DNA of 63,927 bases, the filler included, from Bigelowiella natans CCMP2755 (lineage: Eukaryota > Protista > Cercozoa): NCBI GenBank assembly GCA_000320545.1. It is 3 parts of 3 records of this genome, joined end to end, with 100 filler letters (N's around TTAATTAATTAA, not from the genome) between each part and the next. Parts side by side here need not be neighbours in the genome. Positions count along the whole stretch, not along the records: positions 1 to 31,408 come from ADNK01000238.1; positions 31,509 to 60,703 come from ADNK01000498.1; 1 more part is not named here. One strand, given 5' to 3'. The position numbers and the translations under genes are program-made. Positions 26,115 through 38,977 of the stretch are shown here, piece by piece. Under the pieces are notes generated by a model. That model was not told the origin of the DNA and did not search any database. It worked only from the letters and a program-made list of their open reading frames with translations. Within the stretch, counting starts at the first letter, position 1. Every line of letters begins with the position of its first letter.

Positions 26115-29100
26115 TTAGCGAAGATTCGCCTCCAGGAGGTTGAGCACACCCCTACTGGCTTCTATAACCTGGCCAATAACGATGACCCCGTTGTTGTAGA
26201 TAATAGGGACGATGAGTTCCTTCGCATCAGAAGTATCTAGTCCTAAGTCCATTCCAGTCACGTATCTTATTCTATCTAAGACGTTGAAAAGATTCACCTC
26301 CATCAACCCCCCGCCACCTTGATACTTTGGCTTGAAATAAAAGTGATCAACAGCCTTAATCTTATACTCAGTGGCACTTATCCCCGTCGTCGCTGTGGTA
26401 CTGCCTCCCCCACTGCTGTCACCATATGGCTGATTTGGAGATTTTGTCCTTCCGGGGCCGCCGCCTGGGTAATAGTACGACGATGATGCTGGCGGATCAG
26501 CTCCGGTTCTCTCTGCTGTGGGTGATGTTGTTGTAGCTGTGGCTTTAGAGAACTCAGTGATGAGGTAGCGTATGTCGTTAAGATTAGATACGATAATTGC
26601 GCTGTCAAAAATTATGTCGCATTTCCTTACTCTAACATTCACTACAAGTCTAGGGTTGTTACTCTTGCGGCGACGAACATAGCCATGATGATGACGCTGA
26701 TGCCAGCGTCTCTCATCATTATCATCATCATGTTCACCACCACCACGGTGGTATGACAGTTCGAATGTTTCTTCTGCCTTAAGTTTAATGTAGAATCCAG
26801 GCACGGTAATGCAGTTCGGCCTTCGTACAACGTTCTTGAGGTCCCAGCGTCTATGGATGAGGAAGTGGTTAACCTTAGGACTCCGAGGATTGCACGTCTT
26901 GAGGTCCGTTCGGGATCCAACCCACACAACTAACGTCTTCACCACCTTCGTTGACGAAGTTGAGGACGATGATAAACTCGAGGGTGGCACATAAGGGGAC
27001 GATGGCGATGATATCATCGCAGCAGTATTGGATGCGGAGGAAGCTCCAACAAGATCCATTTCGCTACGCCCACTGCCCATCATCCTCAGCATTCTCCTTC
27101 GCATCAGCCTGCTGTGTAGATCGAGGTCGTCTTCCTGTTCCTCCTCGAGGAATAGCCCCATCCTCTTCGAAATCACCTCCATGATCATTTCACCAGCTTT
27201 CAGATGTAGTTCAACCTTTTCAAAATGCACCTCAACGCTCTCTATGGGGGTCATCACGCCTAAGGCTGCTGCCGCTGTAGCGGCTGCGGCATCGTGCGCG
27301 CGTTCCATTACAAGCCCCCGCATATTGTTCCTCTCGGCGCCCTCACCCTCACCAGTGCTACTCCCTCTCATTCTGCTAAGCTTTCTCATATTGCGCACGC
27401 TCCCCCCTATGCTCGATGAGGATAATTCAAGATCCATGCCGCTGCCCTTCGTTTCGGTGTCTGATTTTGTCGAATTGAGTTTAGATTGGAAGTAATGTCT
27501 GGTAGAGCTGTTGGTGCTGCTCAACCGCTGACCGTTGCGTCCACCATGGCCGCGTCGCAGCCTGTTCGAGACATTTCGGACCGCACGTGCCTGGAAGCTG
27601 GAGAAACTTGCTGCAAGGTCCGCAAGACTCCGTTCAGCACCCATCTTGACCAATGCGAAGATACCTTCGTGTACACGTACCACGCATTTGCGATAGAGAC
27701 AATTTGCCTTCACATACCTGGTTTAAGACGATACAAATGCAAACGAACGCGATGAGTTTGAATATTGCTGACTCTATCAAGAATATCAATGCGATGAGGT
27801 GATTTTGTTTTATTGACGAAAGTAAGGAAATAATTGGGAAACAAACAACCGCCATCGAGTGAGAGACAGCGAGACGGTTTGAGGAGAGGGATTGAAAACT
27901 CACTTCTTAAGATGCAAATCGGCAAGTTTATCGATGCGTGGAGGCTGTAAGTGGCCTTGCGAGACATCAAACGGCCTCAAATCGACGAGAACCTCGGTTC
28001 CCTGCTCAATTTTGAACTCAAATCGACGCACAAACAAGCTGACATTAAGCCGCCTAAACATTGGCCCAGTAGCAATGTTGTCCGTCATGGATGAGGAGAG
28101 CTTGAAACCCCCCGCAGCCTCGTCCTGCCAGGTAGTATCGTCGCTAGTCGCAAATAGCCTATGAGGAGGAGGGGTGTCAGAAGGGAGGGAAAGAAGAGCA
28201 ATCAAATACATGGATGTATGTCAGTGATAGAACGCCGTGTCGTTGTCATCACTCTCTCTGATTCCCGTTCTCTCCCTTTCTTTTGCTTACTTACATACCC
28301 GCTGCTGGTGTTTATTGCTGCAGCTGCCGCTGCTGTAGCAGCTGCCACCGCCGCGGAACTGAGCGGAGCATCACTAGCAGACTCGAGTTCGAGGTCAAAG
28401 CCCGCCATTCTCATGCGAATATCCATCTGGCGCGTCAAGCTCTTGTTCTGAATGATCGCATCGCATTCCAGCCCATCACTAGTTGCATAGAGCGTGGTGC
28501 AAATGGCATTGGCCATATCACTATCGCTGCCAATGTCAGGAGGACTGCTGTTTAAACCGTCACTGCCGCTCCGGCTCCTGCCTCTCTTGCTGCCAGCCAC
28601 CATCCTCGGGGCAGGCGTGGAGATGTAGAGCGCGTTGAGCGGGCGCAGTCGGAAGCCGTTCTTGTCAGCCAGATCGTGGATCTTGACGTGCATGGCGCAC
28701 TCCCCAACGTGCAAGATGCACGACTCCACGAGCATCGGGTTGTCCAGGATGCTCATGTCGCGCATGTGCCGCTGCCGAAGCGCCTGCAACGGAGGCACGC
28801 GCCGCCGGTCGAGATGACGCTCTGGGTGAGGATGCTGCTTCTGCCGCCTCCGCAATCTGCGCTGCTGGTGATGCTCATAGCGATGGTGACGACGGTAGAA
28901 CGCCGAACTTCTGGCAGCTGAGGACGATAACGGCGGCTGCGCCTTTGCGTCATCATCCTCCTCCAATACATCTAGATCGTCGTCGTCGACGCCGTTTCCT
29001 TCTTCATCCTCGCTGTCCATCCCGCCGAAGGAGCGCTGCAATGTCAGCAAGGAGCCGAGGAGCTGATCGTCGAGGTTCACATCCATCTTCGGGTCGTTTA

Positions 29101-29245
29101 CTTCCAGCCGAGTCAGATGGATTGGACGACCCCGTTGCCACGCGCGTGCGTGGTTGGCGAAGACCTTTCCGATGCGAAATTTGATCGCGTACACTGTCTC
29201 TCGGTTCACACGCATCTATGTACGTTGTTAATGGCATGGGATATA

Positions 29246-29333
<88 letters not shown>

Positions 29334-31408
29334 TGTAAGTGTGCTTTTGCATGTGGGTGTGTGGTGTGTTTGAGTATGTGTGTGCGCGTGCTCGATTTGT
29401 AGTACGTTCTAGTGGCAACCAAAAGCACTCGGCACCACATAACTAATAAAATATAACTCCGCTGTGATGTGCCCTATTACGCTTACTACGTTGGATTTCG
29501 CCGTCTTCCCCCCCCCTGCCCCCATCCATCTTCCCTCCTTATATCCTCACTACTGTCGTTTCTCTACCTCGAGCGTGATAGCTTCAACAGCCGCAAATGC
29601 CATCATCGACATCTCCAGCATCCTACCCCGCCCCCTCGGCGTATCTTCAGTTCCAAATGATTGCAGCTGGGACGTAGGGTGATAGCCAGGTTTACGGTAG
29701 GTGTTTTTCAAATAACGATAATATTGCGACGCCGCTGGAGGGGCAGATGCCATTACTGGCGATAGGGGGGGAGGGAGGTCTTCTTCTCCCCCATTTCCTC
29801 TAGCAGCCGTGGTGGTCGCGGCCGGTATTCCAGCAAGAGGGGGGGGGGTGTCAACAGCAGTAGCTGGAATGACAGCAGCCTTCTTTATCTTCTTCGTCTC
29901 ACTCTTCTCGTCGGTGCTGAGGAAGAGGAACACGCGCTCCACACCGGCGATGAGGCACACGCTATCTTTGTCGCTCTCCGCGCTGCTGTACAGGCGCACC
30001 CGCACCGAGTGCATGGCCACGTGAAGATCGAATCTGTGGATGATTGGGAAGAGAAAACGGGGAGGGGGAAGATAGGGTGGGCGCAAACGATTAGTGCAAA
30101 AGGGAAGGGTATAACGAATTTCTGCTGCTGCTGCTGCTGCTGACGCGTGCAGTGCATTTCTCTCTGCTCTCTCGACATTTTGTGATAACTCCCTCCAAAT
30201 ACCACCACCGCCAGCCACGAGTACAAAACGCCTTTAGCTATTACTCCTGCCTGTTGCTATTGCTACCAAGCTATATACAAGTATTACTGGGAAGATGAAG
30301 ATGACGCTGCAGCTGCAGCAGCAGTCGCAGCTGCGGATGGTTGAAAAGGCTGCTGCTCTGCTGCAGGTTTCCTCGGTAATCCGTCGGGTTGATTCGACTG
30401 GCCTCCCTCATCGTCCTCAACAACAACAGTCTCCTCGCCTTCGTCGTCATCGACGTCACGGCTGCTGCTGCTGGTGCTGCTGCTACACATTTGCCAAAAG
30501 TCGAGTAAGTCGCTGCCAAATGAGAGGTCATCAGGCACCCAGATATCCAGCAGACAGAATCCTTTGGTCACCTGCTCACCATACATGATCGCACAGCAAC
30601 ACTACGTTAATTCGGCTGCTAAATACAGGCGTTCGAATAGTGACTGTAATCGCAGTTAAGAAAGTCGTCGTCGTCGTCGTTCTTGCAAAATGAGGAAGGT
30701 GGAAATACCCACAACCTACTGAAGAAACTCACAACTTTTGTTCTGCGACACGGCCAAAAGTCGCATCATCGCAGGACAAAACATGCCATCTCTCTCTCTC
30801 TTCATTCAACATATCGTGTGTTCCTGCTGTGACTTGTAGTTGTCATCTTCTTGCTGCTACGCGCTAACTAATGTGTGGGTGCTCAACGAACCGCCACTGC
30901 GTTGGTGTCGGTCTTCTGATCAATCTGCGTGATAAGCTGCATTTCTGGCAGGTTGAATGCGATGACCAGCTTTCTCAACTTCCCAGCCGCTGCAGCCGCT
31001 GATGCCGCTGAAGCGGAGGACGCGGCTGTGCTCTTCCCTCCCCTAAGAGCCGCGCCGCTACTGGCGGTACTACTGCTGGTTGTTGTTGGAACGCCCCCGA
31101 CGCCACCGCCACCTCCCCCCCTGCCGGCCCCACTTGCAGCAGCACCGCTTAAGATTCCGCTGTGCAGTAGTCTCCATAGAACACCTTCGCGCGACCGGCG
31201 ACAGAGCGCAAGAAGCCTGTGGCGTTCCTTGACAAAGAAGCAGCTGCCAGTTCCCACGCCGAATTGTATATCGACCTTGATCGAGGAAGAAACCTTTGGG
31301 GCGGTGTTGTCCCGTCGGCGGCGGTGCTTTTGCTTTTGTTTCTGCTTTTGCTGCTGCTGCTGCTGCTTTTGGGAAGAGGAAAAGAGGAAGTGGTCGTTCT
31401 CCCGCCGT
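26115..31408 (-). CDS. Bridge-like lipid transfer protein, BLTP1/KIAA1109/Csf1-like, C-terminal part (truncated at gap)
   Basis: Repeating beta-groove-type strands with low-complexity inserts. The C-terminus (CITVPGFYIKLKAEE, CDIIFDSAIIVSNLNDIRYLITEF, FYFKPKYQ..VLDRI..AKELIVPIIYNNG) resembles the FSA_C end of KIAA1109 as I recall it. Confidence 0.55.
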
Positions 31409-31508
31409 NNNNNNNNNNNNNNNNNNNNNNNNNNNNNNNNNNNNNNNNNNNNTTAATTAATTAANNNNNNNNNNNNNNNNNNNNNNNNNNNNNNNNNNNN
31501 NNNNNNNN
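31409..31508. other. Artificial contig linker (N44-TTAATTAATTAA-N44)
   Basis: Six-frame stop linker embedded in Ns. Identical structure at 60704. Confidence 0.97.
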
Positions 31509-31581
31509 TGGGGGGGGGGGGGAGTAGGGAATAACAGACGAGCTCATTGCACGCACTGGGTACTACTTACCACTAATATGC

Positions 31582-31623
<42 letters not shown>

Positions 31624-32391
31624 GTGTGTGTGAGTGTGTATACTCGCAAGACCTCCCCCTTGGTGATGCTGAGAACAATAGTAGCTATAATGATGATTGA
31701 TGATGATGATGATATCATCATCATTAACGTGCCATCAATTCTTGACCTAGATCGCAACATTGGTGCTAGATTGTACTACCAAAAATGTGTTAGAGATGAC
31801 GATGATGATGATGATGATGTTGATTTCATCATAACTATTCCCAGAATGGAGGCGAAGGGGTCATTGATAGCATCGCAAACGAGGAAGGAGTCTATTCTGG
31901 TGAGTGTCCACACGGAATACGATGATGTTGGATGATAATAGTGTGACATAAAACTATATATTACATTTTTATACCAAATACGATGGTTGAAGGAGATATG
32001 ACGTCGCTAAACACACACAGAAGAAACGTATAGAATTATAGAAAAGAATACTTAGAAATTATCCATTGGAGAAGTGCTCAGCAGCACTACCTCGTTACCA
32101 CACCTTCCTATCTAACAACATTTGATTCTTGCTGCTGATTGATAATGCTGCTGCTACCGAGATAGAAGGCAATGCGAAATCTCACGGAATTGATCCAAGT
32201 CAAATTGCCTCGCCTGGCGCTGGAGGTTGCTTGCTACAAACAGTGACGGATCGTGATGATGGGGATGATGTAGATGGCCATAATGCATGCATGAATAATG
32301 TGTGCTGCTACTGTTGCTGACGAGGAGAAAAGAGAGATCTCAAATTAAGAAAAATTGAATGATTTGTTTCAGTCTTACTGATTCGAAAATG

Positions 32392-32423
<32 letters not shown>

Positions 32424-32674
32424 CTGTACGACCTCTAAATGGCAGCGTGGATGGAGCAAGATAAGTAAGTCAGAGAGGAATTTAATGAAACTAAGACGAC
32501 GACGATGATGATGATGATGATGATGATGGTGCTGTGTTGTTGGCAAGCAAGGCCAACGTTGTATACATCTGGATATAATATACGTTTCTCGTCATGATCC
32601 GCAACACTTACCGCTATGAAATCCTCCTTCGTTTCCCCATTCTTCCCCTTTGAATCACCATCCAAATTGTTCCC

Positions 32675-32714
<40 letters not shown>

Positions 32715-32873
32715 CATGAAGGTGTGAGCCGCCCGCACGAGATCGCTCGTTGTATCTTCGACAACGTGCTGAATGGCGACCACCGAAAGGCATGTCTATC
32801 CACAGCTAGGCTTTGCCAACCTCATTCGTGAAAAATATACAGTATTGCTAATCTCTCTCTCCTCTCTCTGTCG

Positions 32874-32920
<47 letters not shown>

Positions 32921-33659
32921 TTCTGCTACCACAATGTTATAACAAAACGGGATAGAAATTGGGACTCTCTCCTCGAGAAAATATATCTCCCATCAGGTGT
33001 GTAGTCTTACATATCTTCTCCCCCCACCCCCCTCTAGTCCCATTGTACCTTATGCAATTATGATACAATCCTGCCATTATAACTGAAAAGATTCATGACG
33101 TCGGCTCAAATCCAGCGATCCCTCGACCTTGCACACGTACGTCACACGTCTAACAACCAAAAGAGGAGGGGGGGGAGGAAGAGACTTTCGAATCATCACG
33201 CATACATCAAGAGTGGAGAACGAGAGAGTGTCAATTCTTCATCCTTCTCTTGGAGGACAGATATCATCATTTACTAGGCCTCATGACCCATTCCCCTCCA
33301 CGTGTTGTGCGGATCAATTGATTGCAGGAACTCGAAATAGACTGGACTGGGTGGAGGGCTTTTCAGCTGTTGAACAAGTGACGAAATGATAATGATAATG
33401 ATCAATAATATTAATATTCGTGTATCTCCCTATCAAAAAGGGCGATGATAATAACCGACAATGATGTTTTGGTAACAAGAGCATAGAATCGCTTCATTTT
33501 CAGCCTTGAGCAAGCCTAATCGAGTCTATGCTGTGATGTGATGATACAGGTCGCTCCGTCATCGCAAACGGTGAAGCCTTCGCTACGAGCCATTTCGTCA
33601 GCTCTATCTCTTTCCCAATTTCTCGTTTGTTTCTCTCTCTGTGTCCCCCCCTGTCTCTC

Positions 33660-33699
<40 letters not shown>

Positions 33700-34155
33700 C
33701 ACACGCACGCGCACATAAACACGTACGTTTGCTACGACCTTACGTGTAAAAAGACCAGCGCGACGAGCGCCCAACTGGCTAGTCGTCGAGCGTAGGAAAC
33801 AAGCGGCTGCTAAGAAGGCGATGCAGGCTGGTGACTTCGTTGACGACGACGTAACGAGCGGTGGCGTAGAAGAAGAAGAAGAAGAAGAAGAAGAAGAAGA
33901 CGACGACAACCAGAAGGAGGGCTTATCAATTCCGGGTCTTAAACGCTCACACAAGAAACGAAAGCAGAAGCAGGGTGATGAAAGGGGTAAAAATCAAATG
34001 GAGGTCGGAAGATTGAAACAATTCTCTGCACTAGAGGACGCCCTCAGAGAAGCTCGCGAAAGAACTCAAATGCCCTCCACTGCTCATCAGGAAGACGGTG
34101 GGACGATACTACTATGCCCATGCTGAATGCAACCCTTTTCCCCCCTCTCATCTTC

Positions 34156-34194
<39 letters not shown>

Positions 34195-34519
34195 GAACCC
34201 CCCCCATTCAGATATGGAATATGTAATAATGAATATATACGAGTCAGCGGCTTCTATAATCCATACGCACATAGTAGACAGACCTGTTCATAAATGATGA
34301 TAAAAACGGAGGAGGAGGAGGAGGAGGAAGAGCAGAGCGAATGATTGTTGTAAACCAACCTCCTAACTATAGATGATGGGGGAGAGGAGGATAGCGATTA
34401 TGACGCTGCTGCTGCAGCAGCAGCAGAGACAAAGAACGAGGAGGAGAAGGAGGAGGAGGAGGAAGAGGGGGACGGCTACGACGAAACACTTGAGAAGCTC
34501 AGAAAAGGTGCTGCTTAGT
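31509..34519 (+). CDS. 3' part of a multi-exon hypothetical protein gene with acidic C-terminus
   Basis: Exons such as GVSRPHEIARCIFDNVLNGDHRK, RRKQAAKKAMQAGDFVDDD..EEEE..LEDALREARE and final DDGGEEDSDYDAAA..ETLEKLRKGAA* (stop ~34519). Full exon chain not resolved. Confidence 0.5.
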
Positions 34520-35056
34520 AGCGACAAGTGATAATAAAGAAGACGAGTAATATTTAAGATAGATTTCATTATGAATAGCGATGATTATGATATACGACTG
34601 CTACTGTTACCACTAATGATGGTAATCGATGGGGTAAATTGCGGGGTTGGATGTGAAGGATGTGGTCCTTAAGATCACCTAGCGAGATGCATAGAGCAAG
34701 TAAAACCGAAGGCTCTATCATCAGCACACGCTGGTCAAACTAAGCATTCACGCAGTTTTTATCACATATTGGGTGTGAGTAGAGTTGAGGCAAGAGCGAA
34801 AGCGAGCAGAGCGACGAGTGGAACGACGCAAGGTTAGAACGGGTGCATTAGCCGTAGTATGATCCTCATATAAGGGCAATGCTACGAACGTATCATCATC
34901 AGATCTGGTTTTCCTCTAAACCAACTTGTGGAAATGGAGAGTAAATATTCCGTGGGGGTGACACATCAGTTTTGCGTAGGGTGTGGGTCAACCAACGATA
35001 AATATATTTTATTCTCACTTGTTGTTTCCCTTGATTTGTATATTCAACAGGAGGCT

Positions 35057-35810
35057 ATGGAATTGGGACAAGTACCAGATTATGAAGCATTGTACAAAAC
35101 GTACGTAATCTCCTGCCTTCTGATATTTCTCCCTTGTTTGCCCCCCCCCCCTCTCTCCCTCTCTCCTTTTTTCCTCTCTTGCCTCTCCTCCCTATTATAC
35201 CACACGATATCTGCTTTTTAGTAACCACGAGGATAACACACCCAATAGGTTGCGTACACTCAACGTTACTGAGAAGCGCGCGTATGCGGAGGAGCTGCAA
35301 AACCAGATGGAAGAAAGGGTGCCAAGATTTCCATGCTTTTTCCCTCTCAAGAAAGATCACATCAAGGATTTAACGCATTCTATTTTCTATATTACATCCT
35401 ATTACATGCGACAACATATAGGACCTCATGACGAAATCCGGGCTAACAGTAAGCATCGGTGGCGAGCACCTCAACCAATTCTTCAATTGTTGTCTGTCGT
35501 GCAATGATAAACCCCCCTCCCTATCCCAATTGCAGAAGGGCCGAAGTCGTCGTTTGGTGCCGCTCTGCAGGCCAGGAGGCAATCATTCCTCGCTGGTAAC
35601 TCGCATCTACATGACGAAACCAGTGTTAGTGTATCCTCGCTTCTTACTTGAAAACACGTGGACTTGCAGGTGACGAAAAGGACAATGTATTGTACGGCAG
35701 CAGTGGTGAAACATCGGACAGCGATACAAATGCACCGCCTGAAGTCGGGACGATGCAAGGTTAGTTCTATGCAGAAAACTAAGCTATCAGCCCGGCAATG
35801 CACTGCATGA
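35057..35810 (+). CDS. Small multi-exon hypothetical protein
   Basis: MELGQVPDYEALYKT|..LRTLNVTEKRAYAEELQNQMEER with GT-AG introns. Stop at 35764 or 35810 depending on frame. Confidence 0.45.
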
Positions 35811-36005
35811 CATAAAAAGTATGACAGTTAATGGCCAATAGCATGCAACATCGTTCTAAATACCATTTTTTGTGCCGCGAAAATATTGCATCTCGGTGCA
35901 AGCTATATATCTCATCTGATAGATGCTTATTTGCCCTTGCTGCGCGCTGTTGCGTAGCATAGCGTGCTGCTCGAGTAAAAAGCTCGTCTACACGTCACAA
36001 TATGA

Positions 36006-36047
36006 GACGGATGTAATGAAGAATTAAATTTTTTCAATGGTCATCCT
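36006..36047 (+). repeat. Conserved bipartite hairpin motif, copy 4
   Basis: GACGGATGTAATGAA-gaattaaatttt-TTCAATGGTCATCCT. Confidence 0.85.
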
Positions 36048-36532
36048 GATGTAGCTGTGCACGTCACAATATAAACTCGCTATGTTATGGCAGACCAAAC
36101 TATATGCTTACAGGCAGCGTGTAAATGAGCTGCAACATGCTAGCATGTCTGACGCTACATGCACGAGAAGGAAAAAGAGTCTGCGACATTGGGTTGCATT
36201 GATGCTTAAACAACGATCGTATCACCACGTACGCATAACTATATATAGATGTGACAAGCAACAAGTACACTAATACACCATGCACATCTACGCATGACAT
36301 CTAAGTGAAAATAATAAATATCTACATACTCTAACTATGCACAAGCTGTGCCACATCTCAGGTGCATGGTGAGTATGCGTCATAGATTGCAATGCATTTG
36401 TCTGTTTGCACTAGCACATAAATGATTCCATAGTGTGGCATACGCCAGCAACGCATTTTATTTTGTCAATTACATCAATTGCAAGTATCGTACACGTCAA
36501 CATATATTTATAATTATAATAAACCACAGGCT

Positions 36533-38242
36533 CTAATTCATATTTTCGGGAAATCGATTTAAAATGTCAAGTGGAAACAGCCCAACTTGCGTGCCGTCTT
36601 CCGAAATATTATAACGTCGGACCAGTTTGCCTAAAGAGAATTAAAAATACAATTTGAGACATACCCATAAATCAAAGAGAGATGAGAAGGATTTTACCAA
36701 TAGCCCATTTTCCATGAACAAGAGTAACGTGCACCACATCGCCTTTGTTAAGTGTCAGTTCGTCATCATTTTCCTTTTCGAACGCATGAATAACTTTGTA
36801 CTCCTGATCATACGAGTCGAAGCCGTGAGAAACGTTTTGCAACCTAACGAGACCTGCCGGGAAGACTCCCTGCTTGCCCTTATGTTTCCCCGTCCACCAT
36901 TCGCCATCTTCCGGGGCGTCAACAATGTCAAATTCGTCTCCTGCTCTGAAATAAAACCCGTCTTTGCACTCTGGTAAGAAGTCCCCAAGAGCGACAGCGA
37001 TTCGGTCACTCAAATTAGCAGCCTGAAGATTTACAACTTGCATCATCTCTCCCTCACTGTAACTCTCGGCATGGCTTTCATTGCGACTGCTCAAACCACC
37101 ACCACCGTCGTGTGTAGGGTCATCTATTCTCAGTGAATCTTGTGAAGTCCTATTTTCGGACTGAATTCCCTCCTGATGCATATTGTCATAGAAAGTGAGA
37201 AATGTTTTAGAAGAGAATGATGTAACATAAGGGATTAAAGTACCAAAGCTTTTTCCATTGTAATGGTTTCCTTCGGTTTTTCATGGCTTTCATGGGCCGC
37301 GATGAACTGTTGAATATCACGCTCTATATTGATTTCCTTATGTGCTCTTTGCTGTATCTCTACGCCTCGGGTCTCAAATGCGACGATGTCTTTTATCAAT
37401 TTCAGATAAAATTCCATATTTTCTTTAAAGGTACGTTCACGCTTATTATCAAGATCTTCTAGTTCTTGCAGCATTCGAGCTGTTTCAGATACCACAGTGT
37501 TCTGCTGATTTTGAAGCTTCAAGACACCGACTTGAAATTTCTCGTAAAGAGTGGCCTCTATTTTTTTGCACTTTTCTATTTGGGTGCTTAGCTTTTGGAG
37601 TTGATTCTGGGCTTTTCCCTCCATCCTAGCATCTTGATACGCTTGGTGCGAATCGGAAGACTTTTGGACCGCCTCTACATACCGAGCCCTCCTCCTCACA
37701 TAGGAACTTTCCAAATCCTTCAGCTCTTTTGTAATTGAGGCATGGTGGTGCTGCATCTTCAAAACTGTCTCCTTTATTTCATCGGCCATCGAGGAGATTT
37801 TTGCATTCACATGGGTGTTCAGGTCTGTACATGTCGTTTCGTGAAGGCTGCTCCATCCATTCATGAATATGAGCGCTTGCGTGAAGCATTTGTGCAAGGA
37901 AGTCTCAGACTTAAAATCTTTAGCAATTGATGCTACCTTGGCCAGTCCCCTCGAGTACTGCATTTCTACTGACGCGAGGGTCTCGAAGAAGCTGTTTGCC
38001 TTTTTCAACTCCCGACGTCCTTGTGTCAGCCTTTCTAGGACTACATTAAATTTATCCCAAAGATTCTTGCTGTATGTTTTGACACTTGGAACGCTGGGAT
38101 CTGAGGAATCTTCTGCATTACCATTCTCTTGCTGTGCGATGGGCAGTGGTGGTGGAACAGGGTGTGTTCTCTCTACTACATCGGAAGTTCCCTTGTTTTC
38201 TCCAGCAGTGGTGATACTGATATTGACGTTATCGTTTTCCAT
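36533..38242 (-). CDS. F-BAR domain protein with two C-terminal SH3 domains (PSTPIP/PACSIN-like architecture)
   Basis: FCH start YSKNLWDKFNVVLERL..LASVEMQYSRGLAKV. SH3 AVALGDF..FYFRAGDEFDIV..EWWTGKHKGKQGVFPAGLV. Second SH3 KVIHAFEKENDDELTLNKGDVVHV..GLFP. Confidence 0.85.
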
Positions 38243-38977
38243 CACAAATATACTCTTTCTCAATATCCGTATCTAATCGTGGATCGAGCGTATAGCGGAA
38301 GCGAGAGAACCCTGAAGAAGGGTTCGGCTCAGATCTACCCTCTACCCAGCAGCTCAAAAATGGAAAGAGATCTTCCTAAGGTCGCAGCAGGGCTTATAAA
38401 ACATCATTGTCGCATGTTTGAAATAGTCAGCATTTCTTAGTGTTAATATTCCATTAACATTCCATACTGCTCGACAGATAAGTGTCAGATATCCCCTTTA
38501 ATCATCCAAAATTTACATAGACCCGGTATTCCTGATGTTCCCAGGGACTGAAACTTGCACTTTTTTCAGAGCTCGGCCATTGTGAAATATGAAGTGAAAC
38601 GGCGCCAATCTGTCTCATTTTACCGAGTCGATTTTACCTCAATTTTAGCTTTGATAGCCGTTGAGCAGGAGAAGCTATTTCAAATTTCGGACACGGACTA
38701 TGGAAATTTTCACGTACAAACGGCATGCAATTTAATACAGAGACTGTCCTTGCCCAAAACCGAATTCAGAATAAGGTTGTAATTATTAATGGATCTGGAC
38801 GCGAATTTGAAGTTTAGGGTGCTGTTCGTGCTTGTCGCAATGTATAAAGCATCTGCGAATTTCGAAAGTACGCCCTCTTCAAAGTAGGACACGGTGAAAA
38901 AACACAGAATCGTCGAACTATTAGACACCACCCACCCCCCGATAAACAAATAAACAAAGACTCGTGAATTAGGCTTC

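Noticed and set aside
31409-31508. TTAATTAATTAA palindrome within Ns (also 60704-60803)
   Set aside because: Artificial six-frame stop linker. Adjacency across it, including the presence of two lipid-bridge genes in one window, has no biological meaning.
36002-36051. SECIS-like or C/D-box-like reading of the hairpin motif (ATGA...CTGAT)
   Set aside because: Only copy 4 has the 3' TGA; the others have TCA or TAA. The well-resolved upstream genes (PDHB, RRM2) show no in-frame TGA.
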